A stretch of 64,000 nt of DNA from an uncultured Bacteroidales bacterium (GCA_947168065.1 CAMVKH010000007.1:5202-69201); one strand, 5' to 3'. Positions 52,850-63,368 are shown, counted from the first letter of the stretch. The notes: generated by a model from the letters alone, not told the origin. Numbers and translations: made by a program.

Positions 52850-53789
52850 TGCGCACCATCTTGTTGTATTCTTCCGGCGAGACGTCGGGATTGAGGAAAT
52901 TCCAGGGATTGATCGGGACCCCGCGGTAGAGCACCTCATAGTGCAAGTGCGGGCCGGTCGAAAGGCCGCTGCTGCCCAGCGTGCCGATGCGGTCGCCGCG
53001 GATGACCACCTGGCCCTGCGTCACCTTGATTTCCTGGAGGTGCGCATAGCGGGTCTTGTAGCCGAAGCCGTGGTCGATGACGATGACATTGCCGTAGCCG
53101 GAGAAATTGATTTCGGTCGATTCCACCACCCCGTCACCCGTGGCATAGACCGGCTGACCCGCCGGCCCGGCCAGATCCACGCCTTCATGGACGACGATAG
53201 TCTGACGGATAGGATGGTACCGTGCCCCGAAGGGGCTGGTCATCTGCACGGTCTTGGGATTGACCGGATAGATCGAGGGGATGCAGGAGGCCATGTCGCC
53301 CGCACGGCTGGAATAGACCTTCACCTCGTCGAACGACAGCGACTGGACGTAGGCCTGCCGGGTCAGACCATCCACCCGCCGGGCGACGGAACCCATCAGG
53401 TCCTGGTGGTCCAAACCCAGATATTCAGCGTAACGCGCCTCCCCCGGCAGGCCGGCCAGCCGCACGGCGTCCGGGATTTCGGCCATGCCGAACACCGGAC
53501 GATAGACCAGATTGTCGCGCAGCGACAGGTCGCGGAGCACTTCTTCCTGCTCTTCGATCCGTCCGCCAAGCAGTTCCACCTGCCCGGCCAGTTCCCGGTT
53601 GCGGCGCTCCAGCAGCAGGGCTTTGGGCGAACGGAAATCGAGCGCCTGCATCACCAGATAATAAGCGAGGAACACCCCCAGTCCGGCCATCAGCACGATG
53701 CCCGTCTTGTTGCGGGTCGCACGGACGCTTCGGCGGTCAATCTGGTAGGATTGGGTCTGCTGGTTGAAAATGTATTTCTCGCGGGGCAT
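52842..53789 (-). CDS. M23 family metallopeptidase (paralog of the downstream gene)
   Basis: [14 protein letters not shown] and [12 protein letters not shown]. 8-nt overlap with the next gene. Confidence 0.85.
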   Translation of the reverse strand: MPREKYIFNQQTQSYQIDRRSVRATRNKTGIVLMAGLGVFLAYYLVMQALDFRSPKALLLERRNRELAGQVELLGGRIEEQEEVLRDLSLRDNLVYRPVFGMAEIPDAVRLAGLPGEARYAEYLGLDHQDLMGSVARRVDGLTRQAYVQSLSFDEVKVYSSRAGDMASCIPSIYPVNPKTVQMTSPFGARYHPIRQTIVVHEGVDLAGPAGQPVYATGDGVVESTEINFSGYGNVIVIDHGFGYKTRYAHLQEIKVTQGQVVIRGDRIGTLGSSGLSTGPHLHYEVLYRGVPINPWNFLNPDVSPEEYNKMVRNG

Positions 53790-53796
53790 ATCTTTG
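53789..53796 (+). promoter_or_regulatory. -7 box TATCTTTG for alaS
   Basis: 65 nt upstream of ATG 53861. It abuts the divergent M23 start codon. Confidence 0.45.
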
Positions 53797-53860
53797 CAAA
53801 ATTACGGAAAATACCCGGAAAAACACTATTTTTGTGCCTAATTACATGAATTACGCACCC

Positions 53861-56470
53861 ATGACAGTCAAACAGATCAGGAAGACCTTCACGGACTTCT
53901 TCGCAGCGAAAGGGCACACGATCGTGCCGTCCGCACCCATGGTGGTCAAGAACGACCCCACCCTGATGTTCACCAACGCCGGCATGAACCAGTTCAAGGA
54001 TATTTTCCTGGGCAACGCACCGGCCGCGGCAAAGCGGGTGGCGGACAGCCAGAAATGCCTGCGTGTCAGCGGAAAACACAACGACCTGGAAGAGGTCGGT
54101 CACGATACCTACCACCACACGATGTTCGAGATGCTCGGCAACTGGAGCTTCGGCGACTATTTCAAGAAAGAAGCCATCGGCTGGGCCTGGGAACTGCTCA
54201 CCGAAGTTTACAAGCTCCCCAAGGACCGGCTCTACGCCACGGTCTTCGAGGGCTACGCCCCGGACGGCCTCGACGCCGACAACGAAGCCCGCGACTACTG
54301 GCTCCAGTATCTCCCGGCCGACCGCATCCTGATGGGCAACAAGCATGACAACTTCTGGGAAATGGGCGACACCGGTCCCTGCGGCCCCTGCAGCGAAATC
54401 CACATCGACCTGCGCGACGACGCGGAGCGCGCCGCCATCCCGGGGGCACAGATGGTCAACCAGGGCCATCACCTGGTCATCGAAATCTGGAACCTGGTGT
54501 TCATGCAGTACAACCGCAAGGCCAACGGATCGCTGGAGCCCCTGCCTGAAAAGCACGTCGACACCGGCATGGGCCTGGAGCGCCTCTGCATGGCCATCCA
54601 GGGCAAGAAGAGCAACTACGACACCGACGTCTTCACCGGCATGATCGACGCCATCGCGAAGCTGAGCGGCGTAGCCTACCAGCCTGAAACCCAGATAGGC
54701 GTTGCCATGCGCGTGATCGCCGACCACATCCGCGCCATCAGCTTCTCCATCACGGACGGACAGCTGCCCAGCAACGTGAAGGCCGGCTATGTGATCCGCC
54801 GCATCCTGCGCCGGGCCGTCCGCTACGGCTACACCTTCCTCGGCCTGAAAGAGCCGTTCCTCTGCCGCCTCGTTCCGCAGCTGATCGCCGACATGGGCGA
54901 AGCCTATCCCGAACTCGTGGCCCAGCAGAAGCTCGTGGAGCGGGTCATCAAAGAGGAAGAGGAAGCCTTCCTGCGCACCCTCGACAAGGGTATCAAGCTG
55001 ATGGACAACATCATGGAGAAGAGCCGCGCCGACAAGCGCATCGCCGGCGTGGACGCCTTCACCCTCTACGACACCTACGGCTTCCCGATCGACCTGACGG
55101 AGCTCATCGCCGCCGAAAACGGTTTTACCGTGGATATGGAAGGCTTCAACGTGGAACTCGGCAAGCAGAAGGAGCGCGCCCGCAATGCCACCGCCGTGGA
55201 GAACGGCGACTGGGTGGAGTTGCTCCCCTTCACCGAATGCACCTTCACGGGCTATGACACGCTTACCACGGAGGCTCAACTGATGAAGTACCGTACCGTC
55301 AAGGCCAAGAACAAGGAATTCATCCAGCTGGTCTTCGACCGCACCCCGTTCTACGGGGAGATGGGCGGCGAGGTCGGCGACACCGGCACCGTCACCGGTC
55401 CGGACGGCGAAGTGGTCAAGATCCTCAACACCGTCAAGGAAAACAACCTGACCATCCACATCGCCGAAAAGATCCCTGCCGCGCAGGAAGGGACCTTCAC
55501 CCTGACGGTCGATGCCGAGCGCCGCCAGAAGATCGCCAACAACCACACCTGCACCCACCTGCTCCACCAGGCGCTCCGTGAAATCCTCGGATCGCACGTC
55601 GAGCAGAAGGGTTCCTACGTGTGCGACAAATACTTCCGTTTCGACTTCTCGCACTTCGAACGTTTGGGCGACGACAACATCGACCTGGTGGAGCGTCGCG
55701 TCAACGCGCTCATCCGCGAAAACTTCCCGCTCTGCGAGAAGCGCGACGCCACGATGGAAGAAGCCCGCAGCGAAGGTGCGATGGCGCTCTTCGGCGAGAA
55801 ATACGGCGACCGCGTGCGCGTGGTCCGCTTCGGCGACAGCGTCGAGCTCTGCGGCGGCTGCCACACCCGTGCCACGGGTACGATCGGCTTCTTCAAGATC
55901 ACGGCCGAATCGGCCATCGCCGCCGGCGTCCGCCGCATCGAGGCCGTCACGGGCCTGGAAGCCGAAATGGTGGTCGATGTGATGGAGAACTCGCTGCGCG
56001 CCGCCAAAGCCTTCTTCAACAACGCCCCCGACCTGGCCGGTGCCATCCGCAAGATGGTCGAGGAAAACAGCGACTACAAGAAGCAGATGGAAGAAGTGTT
56101 CCGCGAGCGTACCGCCCTGCTGAAGAACGACCTGCTGGGCCAGGCCCGCGAAATCGGCGGAAAGCGCGTCATCGTCATCGAACACTACATCGATCCGCAG
56201 ATGTTGCGCAACGCCGCCCTGATGCTCCAGGGCGTGGAGAACCTTGTCGTTGCCGCCGCCTACGAGGCAAGCGGAAAGCCGCAGCTGCTGCTCATGTACT
56301 CGAACGACTTGGTCAAGGCCGGCAAGAACGCCCAGGCCGACGTCAAGGAGGCCGCCAAGGCCATCCAGGGCGGCGGCGGCGGACAAAACGGCCTGGCCAC
56401 CGCAGGTGGCAAGAATCTTGCTGGCCTGAAGGACGCACTCGAACAGCTCGTCGCCCTGGCGACCCGTTAA
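53861..56470 (+). CDS. alaS: Alanine--tRNA ligase
   Basis: [28 protein letters not shown], the editing-domain HxxxH motif (HTCTHLLH), and the C-terminal DHHA1 region GGGGGQ. Alternative starts are ATG 53846 and GTG 53834. Confidence 0.95.
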   Translation: MTVKQIRKTFTDFFAAKGHTIVPSAPMVVKNDPTLMFTNAGMNQFKDIFLGNAPAAAKRVADSQKCLRVSGKHNDLEEVGHDTYHHTMFEMLGNWSFGDYFKKEAIGWAWELLTEVYKLPKDRLYATVFEGYAPDGLDADNEARDYWLQYLPADRILMGNKHDNFWEMGDTGPCGPCSEIHIDLRDDAERAAIPGAQMVNQGHHLVIEIWNLVFMQYNRKANGSLEPLPEKHVDTGMGLERLCMAIQGKKSNYDTDVFTGMIDAIAKLSGVAYQPETQIGVAMRVIADHIRAISFSITDGQLPSNVKAGYVIRRILRRAVRYGYTFLGLKEPFLCRLVPQLIADMGEAYPELVAQQKLVERVIKEEEEAFLRTLDKGIKLMDNIMEKSRADKRIAGVDAFTLYDTYGFPIDLTELIAAENGFTVDMEGFNVELGKQKERARNATAVENGDWVELLPFTECTFTGYDTLTTEAQLMKYRTVKAKNKEFIQLVFDRTPFYGEMGGEVGDTGTVTGPDGEVVKILNTVKENNLTIHIAEKIPAAQEGTFTLTVDAERRQKIANNHTCTHLLHQALREILGSHVEQKGSYVCDKYFRFDFSHFERLGDDNIDLVERRVNALIRENFPLCEKRDATMEEARSEGAMALFGEKYGDRVRVVRFGDSVELCGGCHTRATGTIGFFKITAESAIAAGVRRIEAVTGLEAEMVVDVMENSLRAAKAFFNNAPDLAGAIRKMVEENSDYKKQMEEVFRERTALLKNDLLGQAREIGGKRVIVIEHYIDPQMLRNAALMLQGVENLVVAAAYEASGKPQLLLMYSNDLVKAGKNAQADVKEAAKAIQGGGGGQNGLATAGGKNLAGLKDALEQLVALATR

Positions 56471-56476
56471 TCCCGG

Positions 56477-58909
56477 ATGAAGAAACTCGACCTCTACCTG
56501 ATCAAGAAGTTTGCAGGCCCCTTCGTGGCGGTCTTCCTCGTCGTGGACTTCGCGCTCTCGCTGCAGTTCATCTACACGTTCGTCAACGACTTGATGGGTA
56601 AAGGCCTGGGTATGGGCATCATCCTGGAGTTCCTGGGATGGGGCGCCTGCACCCTGTTCACCTACGCCATCCCGCTGGCCACGCTGCTGGCCTCGATCAT
56701 GACGCTCGGCGGCCTGGGCGAGCGCAACGAGCTGCTGGCCATGAAGGCCGCAGGCATCTCGCTGATGCGCATCCTGACTCCGTTGATGGTGCTCTCGGTC
56801 CTGATTTCCATCGGCGCCTTCTTCGCCGCCGACCGGCTGGTCCCCCACGCCTTCAACAAGATCTACGCCCTCAAGAGCGACATCCTCAACACCAAGGACG
56901 AGATCAAGATCCCCACGGGCATCTTCTACGACGGCATCCAGGGCTATATCCTCCGCGTGGAGGACAGCAACGACGAGACCGGCATGATGTACAACCTGCT
57001 CGTTTACGACCATACCGGCAATTCGGGCAACACCAACATGACGGCCGCCGACAGCGGCCACATCGAAATCACGCCCGACAAGCGCAACCTGATCTTCGAC
57101 CTCTACGACGGCTGCTCCTACTCCGAAACCAACAACATGACGTTCCGCGACACGAGCCTTGAACTCAACCGGCTCCGCTTCCGCGAGCAGCAGCTGATCA
57201 TCCCGCTCGACAACTACCGTTTCGAGCGCTCGAACTCCGACGTCTATGCCGACGAAATCAAATCCCTGGGCCTGAAGCGGCTCCGCAACGACCGCGACTC
57301 GATCTCCCGCAAGGTCGATACCCTGGTGTTCCGGCAGGTCCCCCGCTTTGCGAGCACGATGGGCTTCAACTATCTCTACCAGCTGGACACCATCCGCGCC
57401 GAATCGTCCTACAAGGGAAACCTCGACCTGGACAGCCTCAGCCGGGATCTCACGCCCCAGCAGAAGCTGCGCATCAACCGCATGGCCGCCGAGAAGGCGG
57501 AGAACGGACAGGAGCAGTTGAAGAACCTGGCGCGCGAGTCGTCCTACGACCTGGGCACCATCCGCAGGATCGACATCGAGTCCATCTGGAAGTTCACGCT
57601 CTCGATCTCCTGCCTGCTCTTCTTCTTCGTGGGTGCGCCGCTGGGCGCTATCATCCGCAAGGGCGGACTCGGCACGCCGGTCATCATCTCGATCTTCTTC
57701 TACCTGATCTACTACATCATCGACATGATCGGGCGGAAGCTCTCCGGAAAGGGAACGCTGGAGCCCTGGATCGGCACCCTGATCTCCACGGTCATCCTGC
57801 TGCCAATCAGTATCCTGCTCACCCGCAAGTCCACGCAGGACTCGTCGCTGTTCAACCTCGATTCCTACAAAGAGTTCTTCCGGCGCATCGGCCGGTGGAT
57901 CTCCAAGCGCTTCCACCGCTTCATCAACCTCTTCCGCAAGGGTGGCGGCAAGATCCGCATCGTGTATATGGGTACGCCTGAATTCGCCGTGGCGCCGCTC
58001 GAGAAGATTCTCCAGGCCGGCTACGAGGTGGCCGCCGTGGTCACGGCGGTCGACAAGCCGTCCGGCCGTGGGCTGACCCTCAACCAGAGCGCCGTCAAGC
58101 AGTATGCCGTGGCGCACGATATTCCCGTCCTGCAGCCCGAAAAACTCAAGGATCCTGCCTTCCTGGAACAACTGGCTGCATTGAAGGCCAATCTCTTCGT
58201 CGTGGTGGCCTTCCGCATGCTGCCCAAGGAGGTCTGGCAGATGCCGGCCCTGGGCACCTTCAACCTCCATGCTTCCCTGCTGCCGCAATACCGCGGCGCG
58301 GCGCCGATCAACTGGGCCATCATCCGCGGGGAAAAATTCACCGGCGTGACCACCTTCCTGCTCGACGAGCAGATCGATACGGGCAAAATCCTGTTCCAGG
58401 AGTCCTGCGCCATCGAGGATTACGAAGATGCCGGCGCCCTGCACGACAAGTTGATGGGTATGGGTGCCAACCTGGTGCTCAAGACGGTCGATGCTATCGA
58501 AAATCACCGCACCAAGCCGGTCGAGCAGACGCTGGGCTTCAGCAAGACCCTCTATCCGGCACCTAAGCTCAATCGCGACAACTGCCACATCGACTGGAGC
58601 CGGAGCGCCCGGACGGCCAGCCTGCTCATCCGCGGCCTGAGCCCGTACCCGGCCGCCTGGACCAGCCTGGTCAAGGAAGACGGCACGCAGTTGGGCGTGA
58701 AGATCTTCGACAGCTACGTGGTGCCCTGCCCCGAAGACGACACGCGCCAGAGCGGCCAGATTACCACTGACGGCAAGTCCTGGATCGAGGTCCGCTGCGG
58801 CAAGGACGCCCTGCGCATCCTCAACCTCCAGCTCTCCGGAAAGAAACGGATGGACACGGCCGATTTCCTCCGCGGCTTCCGCGAACTGGAAACCTGCCGC
58901 TTCGAATAA
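56477..58909 (+). CDS. fmt: Single 810-aa ORF fusing an LptF/LptG (YjgP/YjgQ) family permease (aa 1-~488) to methionyl-tRNA formyltransferase (aa ~492-810)
   Basis: The N-part has MKKLDLYLIKKFAGPFVAVF... with 6 TM helices. The C-part has KIRIVYMGTPEFAVAPL, the NLHASLLPQYRGAAPINWAI catalytic motif, and the Fmt C-terminal domain. No stop and no ATG lie between the parts. Confidence 0.85.
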   Translation: MKKLDLYLIKKFAGPFVAVFLVVDFALSLQFIYTFVNDLMGKGLGMGIILEFLGWGACTLFTYAIPLATLLASIMTLGGLGERNELLAMKAAGISLMRILTPLMVLSVLISIGAFFAADRLVPHAFNKIYALKSDILNTKDEIKIPTGIFYDGIQGYILRVEDSNDETGMMYNLLVYDHTGNSGNTNMTAADSGHIEITPDKRNLIFDLYDGCSYSETNNMTFRDTSLELNRLRFREQQLIIPLDNYRFERSNSDVYADEIKSLGLKRLRNDRDSISRKVDTLVFRQVPRFASTMGFNYLYQLDTIRAESSYKGNLDLDSLSRDLTPQQKLRINRMAAEKAENGQEQLKNLARESSYDLGTIRRIDIESIWKFTLSISCLLFFFVGAPLGAIIRKGGLGTPVIISIFFYLIYYIIDMIGRKLSGKGTLEPWIGTLISTVILLPISILLTRKSTQDSSLFNLDSYKEFFRRIGRWISKRFHRFINLFRKGGGKIRIVYMGTPEFAVAPLEKILQAGYEVAAVVTAVDKPSGRGLTLNQSAVKQYAVAHDIPVLQPEKLKDPAFLEQLAALKANLFVVVAFRMLPKEVWQMPALGTFNLHASLLPQYRGAAPINWAIIRGEKFTGVTTFLLDEQIDTGKILFQESCAIEDYEDAGALHDKLMGMGANLVLKTVDAIENHRTKPVEQTLGFSKTLYPAPKLNRDNCHIDWSRSARTASLLIRGLSPYPAAWTSLVKEDGTQLGVKIFDSYVVPCPEDDTRQSGQITTDGKSWIEVRCGKDALRILNLQLSGKKRMDTADFLRGFRELETCRFE

Positions 58910-58910
58910 G

Positions 58911-59549
58911 ATGAAAGAACATCCGCACATCGTGATCCTGGCGGCCGGAGATTTCCCGAGGGCCGAAGCGCCGCTGACGGCGTTGCGGGAGGCGGACGTG
59001 CGCATCTGCTGCGACTCTGCAGCTGAAACCCTCGTGGCACACGGCATGGAACCCGATCTGATTGTCGGCGACATGGATTCGCTGTCGGCAGCATACCGCG
59101 CCCGCTACGCCGGGATTATCACGCATATTGCGGAACAGGACGACAACGACCTGACCAAGGCTTTCCATCTGGCGCTGACGCTGGATCCGGGCCGCATCAC
59201 GATCGTGGGCGCGACAGGGAAGCGCGAAGACCATACGCTGGGCAATGTCTCGCTGCTGCTGGACTATGCGCGTGAAGCCCCCTGCCCGGTAGGGATGATG
59301 ACGGATTACGGGCGTTTCGAAGCCATCTTCGACACGGCGACCCTGCCTGCCTTTCCCGGCCGGCAGGTCTCCATCTTCGCTTTCGACAACAGCCTCAAAA
59401 TCAAATCGGCCGGGTTGAAATACCCGACCGATGAAGTCCGTTTCGATACGCTCTGGAAGGCCACGCTCAACGAAGCGCTTTCAGACACGTTCACGCTGAC
59501 ACTCTCACACCCGAGCGGCGTTCTTCTGTTTTTCGCCGATCACCTTTAA
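58911..59549 (+). CDS. thiN: Thiamine diphosphokinase
   Basis: GDMDS, DQDDNDLTKA, and GATGKREDHTLGN. Confidence 0.85.
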   Translation: MKEHPHIVILAAGDFPRAEAPLTALREADVRICCDSAAETLVAHGMEPDLIVGDMDSLSAAYRARYAGIITHIAEQDDNDLTKAFHLALTLDPGRITIVGATGKREDHTLGNVSLLLDYAREAPCPVGMMTDYGRFEAIFDTATLPAFPGRQVSIFAFDNSLKIKSAGLKYPTDEVRFDTLWKATLNEALSDTFTLTLSHPSGVLLFFADHL

Positions 59550-60473
59550 CATATCGTCGACCATCATGTCGATGTCCCATTCGGGTTTCCAGCCCCACTC
59601 CTCGCGGGCGCAGGTATCGTCCATCTTGTTGGGCCAGGAATCGGCGATGGCGGCCTTGACCGGATCGACGTTGTAGTCGAACGTTGCGTCGGGGATCCGT
59701 TTCTTGATGACTTCGAAGAGCTCCCTCGGACAGAAGCTCATGCTGGCGATGTTGAAGCTGTTGCGGTGGACGAGTTTCGCGGGGTCGGCTTCCATGACTT
59801 CCACGGCGGCGCGCAGGGCGTCGGGCATGTACATCATGTCCATGTAGCTGTCTTCGGGGACTTCGCAGGTGTAGTGATGTCCGGGTTTGAGGATTTCGTA
59901 GAACACTTCCACGGCGTAGTCGGTGGTGCCACCGCCAGGAAGGGCGCCGTTGGAGATGATGCCCGGGAAGCGGACGCTGCGTGCGTCCACGCCGAAGCGC
60001 TGCCAGTGATAGTCGCCCAGCAATTCGCCGGTGACCTTGCAGATGCCGTAGATGGTATTCGGGCGCATGATGGTATCCTGCGGCGTGTTGTCGTGCGGCG
60101 TGTTCGGGCCGAAGGCGCCGATGGAACTCGGTGTGAAGATCGAGCAATGGTGCGCCTGGGCGATGTTGAGGGCGTTGATCAGGGCCGTGATGTTGAGATG
60201 CCAGGCCACGCCGGGCATGTGTTCTCCCTTGGCGCTGAGCAAGGCGACCAGGTTGTAGATGGCATCGACCTTGTACTTGACCACAAGTTCGTCGAAATGT
60301 TTGGCGTCGAGGACATCGAGCTTTTCGGCGATGGCGCCGCGTCCCAACTTTTCGACCAGTTCGTCTTTCAAATCTGCGGCAATTACATTATCTTCGCCAT
60401 AGATATGCTGGAGGTAGGGGACCAGTTCCGTTCCGATCTGTCCACCCGCTCCGACTACAAGAATACGTTTCAT
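59505..60473 (-). CDS. tdh: L-threonine 3-dehydrogenase, SDR/epimerase-like type
   Basis: ILVVGAGGQIGTEL, YGICKV, and LPGGGTTDYAVEVFY, which is characteristic of short-chain TDH. Confidence 0.8.
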   Translation of the reverse strand: MKRILVVGAGGQIGTELVPYLQHIYGEDNVIAADLKDELVEKLGRGAIAEKLDVLDAKHFDELVVKYKVDAIYNLVALLSAKGEHMPGVAWHLNITALINALNIAQAHHCSIFTPSSIGAFGPNTPHDNTPQDTIMRPNTIYGICKVTGELLGDYHWQRFGVDARSVRFPGIISNGALPGGGTTDYAVEVFYEILKPGHHYTCEVPEDSYMDMMYMPDALRAAVEVMEADPAKLVHRNSFNIASMSFCPRELFEVIKKRIPDATFDYNVDPVKAAIADSWPNKMDDTCAREEWGWKPEWDIDMMVDDMLKVIGEKQKNAARV

Positions 60474-60501
60474 ACGCTATAATTAATAATTTGGAATCGA
60501 A

Positions 60502-61389
60502 TTGTCCACAAATTTAATAAAAATCGACATATCCGCATACGGTTTCCTCGATTTCGGAGCCGCAAAAGTCGAAATAGTTTCGCAAGCCATACGGGAGGGC
60601 TTCGGACGCTATCTGGCGGAAGGACGCCATGGGGACATGGCATACCTGTCGCGGAACCTGGAGAAGCGTTTCGACCCGGAACTGCTTGTGCCGGGCGCTG
60701 AAAGCGTGCTCTGCTTTCTGGCTCCCTATGGGCAGGCGGGTGGCGGCGTTGCGGGCTTCGCCCAAGGTGTGGACTATCATAAAGTAGTTAAGGACAGGCT
60801 TTTTGCCATCATTGAGGAACTGCGCCCGCAATTTCCAGCCTTCGAGGGCCGGCCGTTCGTGGACAGCGCGCCGGTGCTGGAGCGTTTCTGGGCCGTGCAG
60901 GCCGGCCTGGGTTTCATCGGCCAGAACAATTTCTTCATATCGCCGGAATACGGCCTGCGGACCATCATCGGCGTGATTATCTGCAATATCCCGGCCGACA
61001 GCTTCGCGCCGCACGCGCCGCTGGCAGCCACGGAGTGCGGCGCCTGCGGCGCCTGCCTCCGCGCCTGCCCGACGGGCGCGCTCCGCGCCCCTTTCGACCT
61101 GGATGCCCGCCGATGCATCTCCTACCTGACCATTGAATCGCACGATCCCCTTCCCGATGCACTCTCTACGCAGGAAAGCCGGCGCGGCTGGCGCTTTGGC
61201 TGCGAGGAGTGTATGCGCGCCTGCCCGTGGGACAAACCGTTGACGCCCCTCCCGGAATTCGAGACGCATCGGGCCGAGATCGCGGCGATGGACTCCGAAA
61301 CCTGGCGGAATCTTTCAGAAGAGGAATTTGAAAAGCGCTTCGCCGATTCCGGGCTTCGCCGGGCCGGTCTTGACCATTTGAAAAATTAA
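60502..61389 (+). CDS. queG: Epoxyqueuosine reductase
   Basis: GRHGDMAYL plus two 4Fe-4S motifs (CGACGACLRACPTGA and CEECMRACPW). The start is TTG, so it is uncertain. Confidence 0.8.
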   Translation: MSTNLIKIDISAYGFLDFGAAKVEIVSQAIREGFGRYLAEGRHGDMAYLSRNLEKRFDPELLVPGAESVLCFLAPYGQAGGGVAGFAQGVDYHKVVKDRLFAIIEELRPQFPAFEGRPFVDSAPVLERFWAVQAGLGFIGQNNFFISPEYGLRTIIGVIICNIPADSFAPHAPLAATECGACGACLRACPTGALRAPFDLDARRCISYLTIESHDPLPDALSTQESRRGWRFGCEECMRACPWDKPLTPLPEFETHRAEIAAMDSETWRNLSEEEFEKRFADSGLRRAGLDHLKN

Positions 61390-61420
61390 TCGTATCCTTA
61401 CCAGAACAATACAGACTGCC

Positions 61421-61999
61421 ATGAAGAAGATTATCCTGTTTTTCCTCCTGCTTTCCATCGCCTTCGGTGCGACCGCTCAGGACAGTTTCAAGAAATACGG
61501 CATGAAGTCGTGCATCGCCAAGAAAGTAACCACCACCGGCGGACACGTGACGGAAGGAACCGTCTATATCGACAACTACGGCGCCTTCGAATGCGATATC
61601 CAGACGATCGACGTACCCGGATTCATCACGTACGATATGGGCGTCCTCACCCGGAAAGACCGGATCTGGACGTTCAACATCAATGAGGGCAAGGTCCAGT
61701 CCAAGGAATCCCCCAACCCGCTCTCTGACTTCAATCTCCTGGAGATAACCGACGAAATGGCCCAGAAATATGAGATGAAGGACCTTGGGGAAGAAGAGAT
61801 TCTGGGCAAGAAATGCCGCAAGATCTCCTATGTCGTCATGCAGAACCGCAAACGCGTGGACTGGACGGTTTGGGCCTACAAGGGCTTCCCGCTCAAGACC
61901 ATCGTCAAGCAGCGCCGCCAGGAATCCGTGATCGAAGTCACCGAATTCAAGGAAAACGTTCCGATTCCCAAAGACATCCTCAACCTGATTCCGGAATAG
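61421..61999 (+). CDS. Secreted hypothetical protein (paralog of 30656..31243)
   Basis: Signal peptide MKKIILFFLLLSIAFGATAQ. See the paralogy finding. Confidence 0.7.
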   Translation: MKKIILFFLLLSIAFGATAQDSFKKYGMKSCIAKKVTTTGGHVTEGTVYIDNYGAFECDIQTIDVPGFITYDMGVLTRKDRIWTFNINEGKVQSKESPNPLSDFNLLEITDEMAQKYEMKDLGEEEILGKKCRKISYVVMQNRKRVDWTVWAYKGFPLKTIVKQRRQESVIEVTEFKENVPIPKDILNLIPE

Positions 62000-62013
62000 A
62001 AGGATACCGGCAC

Positions 62014-62049
62014 AAAAAAAACCGGCCTCATTCAAGAGGCCGGTTTTTT
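62014..62049. terminator. Bidirectional rho-independent terminator
   Basis: A7-ACCGGCCTC-ATTCAA-GAGGCCGGT-T6, between convergent genes. Confidence 0.7.
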
Positions 62050-63322
62050 ATGGCAGGTTCACGAAATAATTCCGCAGGTCTTTCCAGCGATAATAGGGAC
62101 CCTTGTACGGCTTGAGGGCCGGGATGGTGGTTTCGCGCTCATTGCGCAGGATCTTCACCAGCACTTCGCCTTTCCTGTCGCGGTAGAAGATCAGCTGGAG
62201 ATTGGAGCCCATGGGCATCTGTTCGAAGCTGTACCAGCCGCTTTCGGCTGCCTGTGCCATGGGAACCGTCTCCTCGTATCCTTCCAGACGCAGATAGCTC
62301 AACAGCGGCAGCAGACCGGAGTCGTGGCCGAAACGCAGGTCGGCGGCGACATCGTTTCCCGCGACGGCTGCATCCGCCTTGCTGACGAAGTCGGCGAGGA
62401 TCTTCCGGCCGGTCTCATTGAAGCGGCAGCCGTTGTCCAGCGTGTTGGACATCGAGTCGAAATGGGACAGGTTCTCGCAGTACCACAGGTTATACAGCTC
62501 ATCTTCCGTAAAGAAAGCATGGATTTCGGGCAGGTCGTAATCGTCGGCCAGGCACTGGTTGATGCCGCCCGCATAGAAGACATAATAGATGAACTGCCGC
62601 ACACTGTATTTCCCCAGATGCTGGGCGGCGACCCAGGGATCCGAGAACCAGGCGTTCATCACGCGCGCAGGGTCGAAACGGGCGTTGAGCACCGAATCGA
62701 AGACAGCGCTGTGGGAACGGTTGCGCGGCACCGAAGTCCCGGGCGAGATGTGTTTCATGAAACGCTCGCCGGCATAGATGTCAAAGCGGAGCTGCGGTGC
62801 GTCAGCCTTGAGCGCCAGCGAAAAGTTGGCCAGGCTCTGGATGCAGCGCTGCACATAGCTCGACTCGGCGACCACCCGGTCGCGGTCTGTCTGGGCGAAG
62901 ACGCCCGGCACGCGTTGATACAATCGGTGCGCAATGCCCTGGTGCTCGCGACCGCCTCGGAGGGTAAGGTAGCCTGCCTGGTCTTCGTGGCTCTGCTCCA
63001 ATGCTTTGAGCGCCTTATGCAAGGCCTCTCCCTCCGTCGAGAGAACGCCCAGCGAGTCGAGTCTGTCGAACAGGTGCGACACGCGCGTAACGGAATTCAT
63101 CGACGTCATATAGCGACTGCCATGCCGGCCATAGTGGCTCACATAGAAAGGTTCATAGCCTTTCGGCGCCGGTGTGTCAACGGTGGTTTCAGGCGCTTCG
63201 TAACTGTGATGGACGCCGCCGTAGCGTTCGGGGTTCTGTTTCAGGAGGGTACGGGCGTCCTGGCTCCAGGCCGGCGCGCAGAGCAGCAGGACTGCCGTAA
63301 GGAGGAAGAATAGTTTTTTCAT
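62048..63322 (-). CDS. Secreted histidine acid phosphatase family protein
   Basis: Signal peptide present. RHGSRY catalytic motif (SHYGRHGSRYMTS) and a downstream GHDS proton-donor motif. Confidence 0.75.
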   Translation of the reverse strand: MKKLFFLLTAVLLLCAPAWSQDARTLLKQNPERYGGVHHSYEAPETTVDTPAPKGYEPFYVSHYGRHGSRYMTSMNSVTRVSHLFDRLDSLGVLSTEGEALHKALKALEQSHEDQAGYLTLRGGREHQGIAHRLYQRVPGVFAQTDRDRVVAESSYVQRCIQSLANFSLALKADAPQLRFDIYAGERFMKHISPGTSVPRNRSHSAVFDSVLNARFDPARVMNAWFSDPWVAAQHLGKYSVRQFIYYVFYAGGINQCLADDYDLPEIHAFFTEDELYNLWYCENLSHFDSMSNTLDNGCRFNETGRKILADFVSKADAAVAGNDVAADLRFGHDSGLLPLLSYLRLEGYEETVPMAQAAESGWYSFEQMPMGSNLQLIFYRDRKGEVLVKILRNERETTIPALKPYKGPYYRWKDLRNYFVNLP

Positions 63323-63368
63323 AGGCTTGTTGCAGATTCCCGGTCAAGCCGGGAAGGACAGTTTCATA

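Noticed and set aside
57962-57970. An independent fmt start codon (GTG 57962 or ATG 57968) that would split the 810-aa ORF into two genes.
   Set aside because: Both candidates lie after the conserved (K)IRIV beta-strand that begins Fmt proteins. There is no stop codon upstream in frame. Splitting would therefore give a truncated Fmt and still leave the permease reading through.
53690-59074. A 1794-aa stop-free ORF on the reverse strand, spanning the M23 5' end, alaS, the LptFG-Fmt gene and the thiN start.
   Set aside because: It is the codon-aligned antisense frame of alaS (start 53861) and the fusion gene (start 56477). Both sense genes and the antisense codons share the same phase (coordinate = 2 mod 3). 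In that frame, stops arise only from sense TTA/CTA/TCA codons, which are rare in this GC3-rich genome. The translation is low-complexity (A/G/V/D/E/L-rich, 'EDLHAQL'-type), has no recognisable domain and lies fully inside strongly supported genes. It is a shadow ORF.
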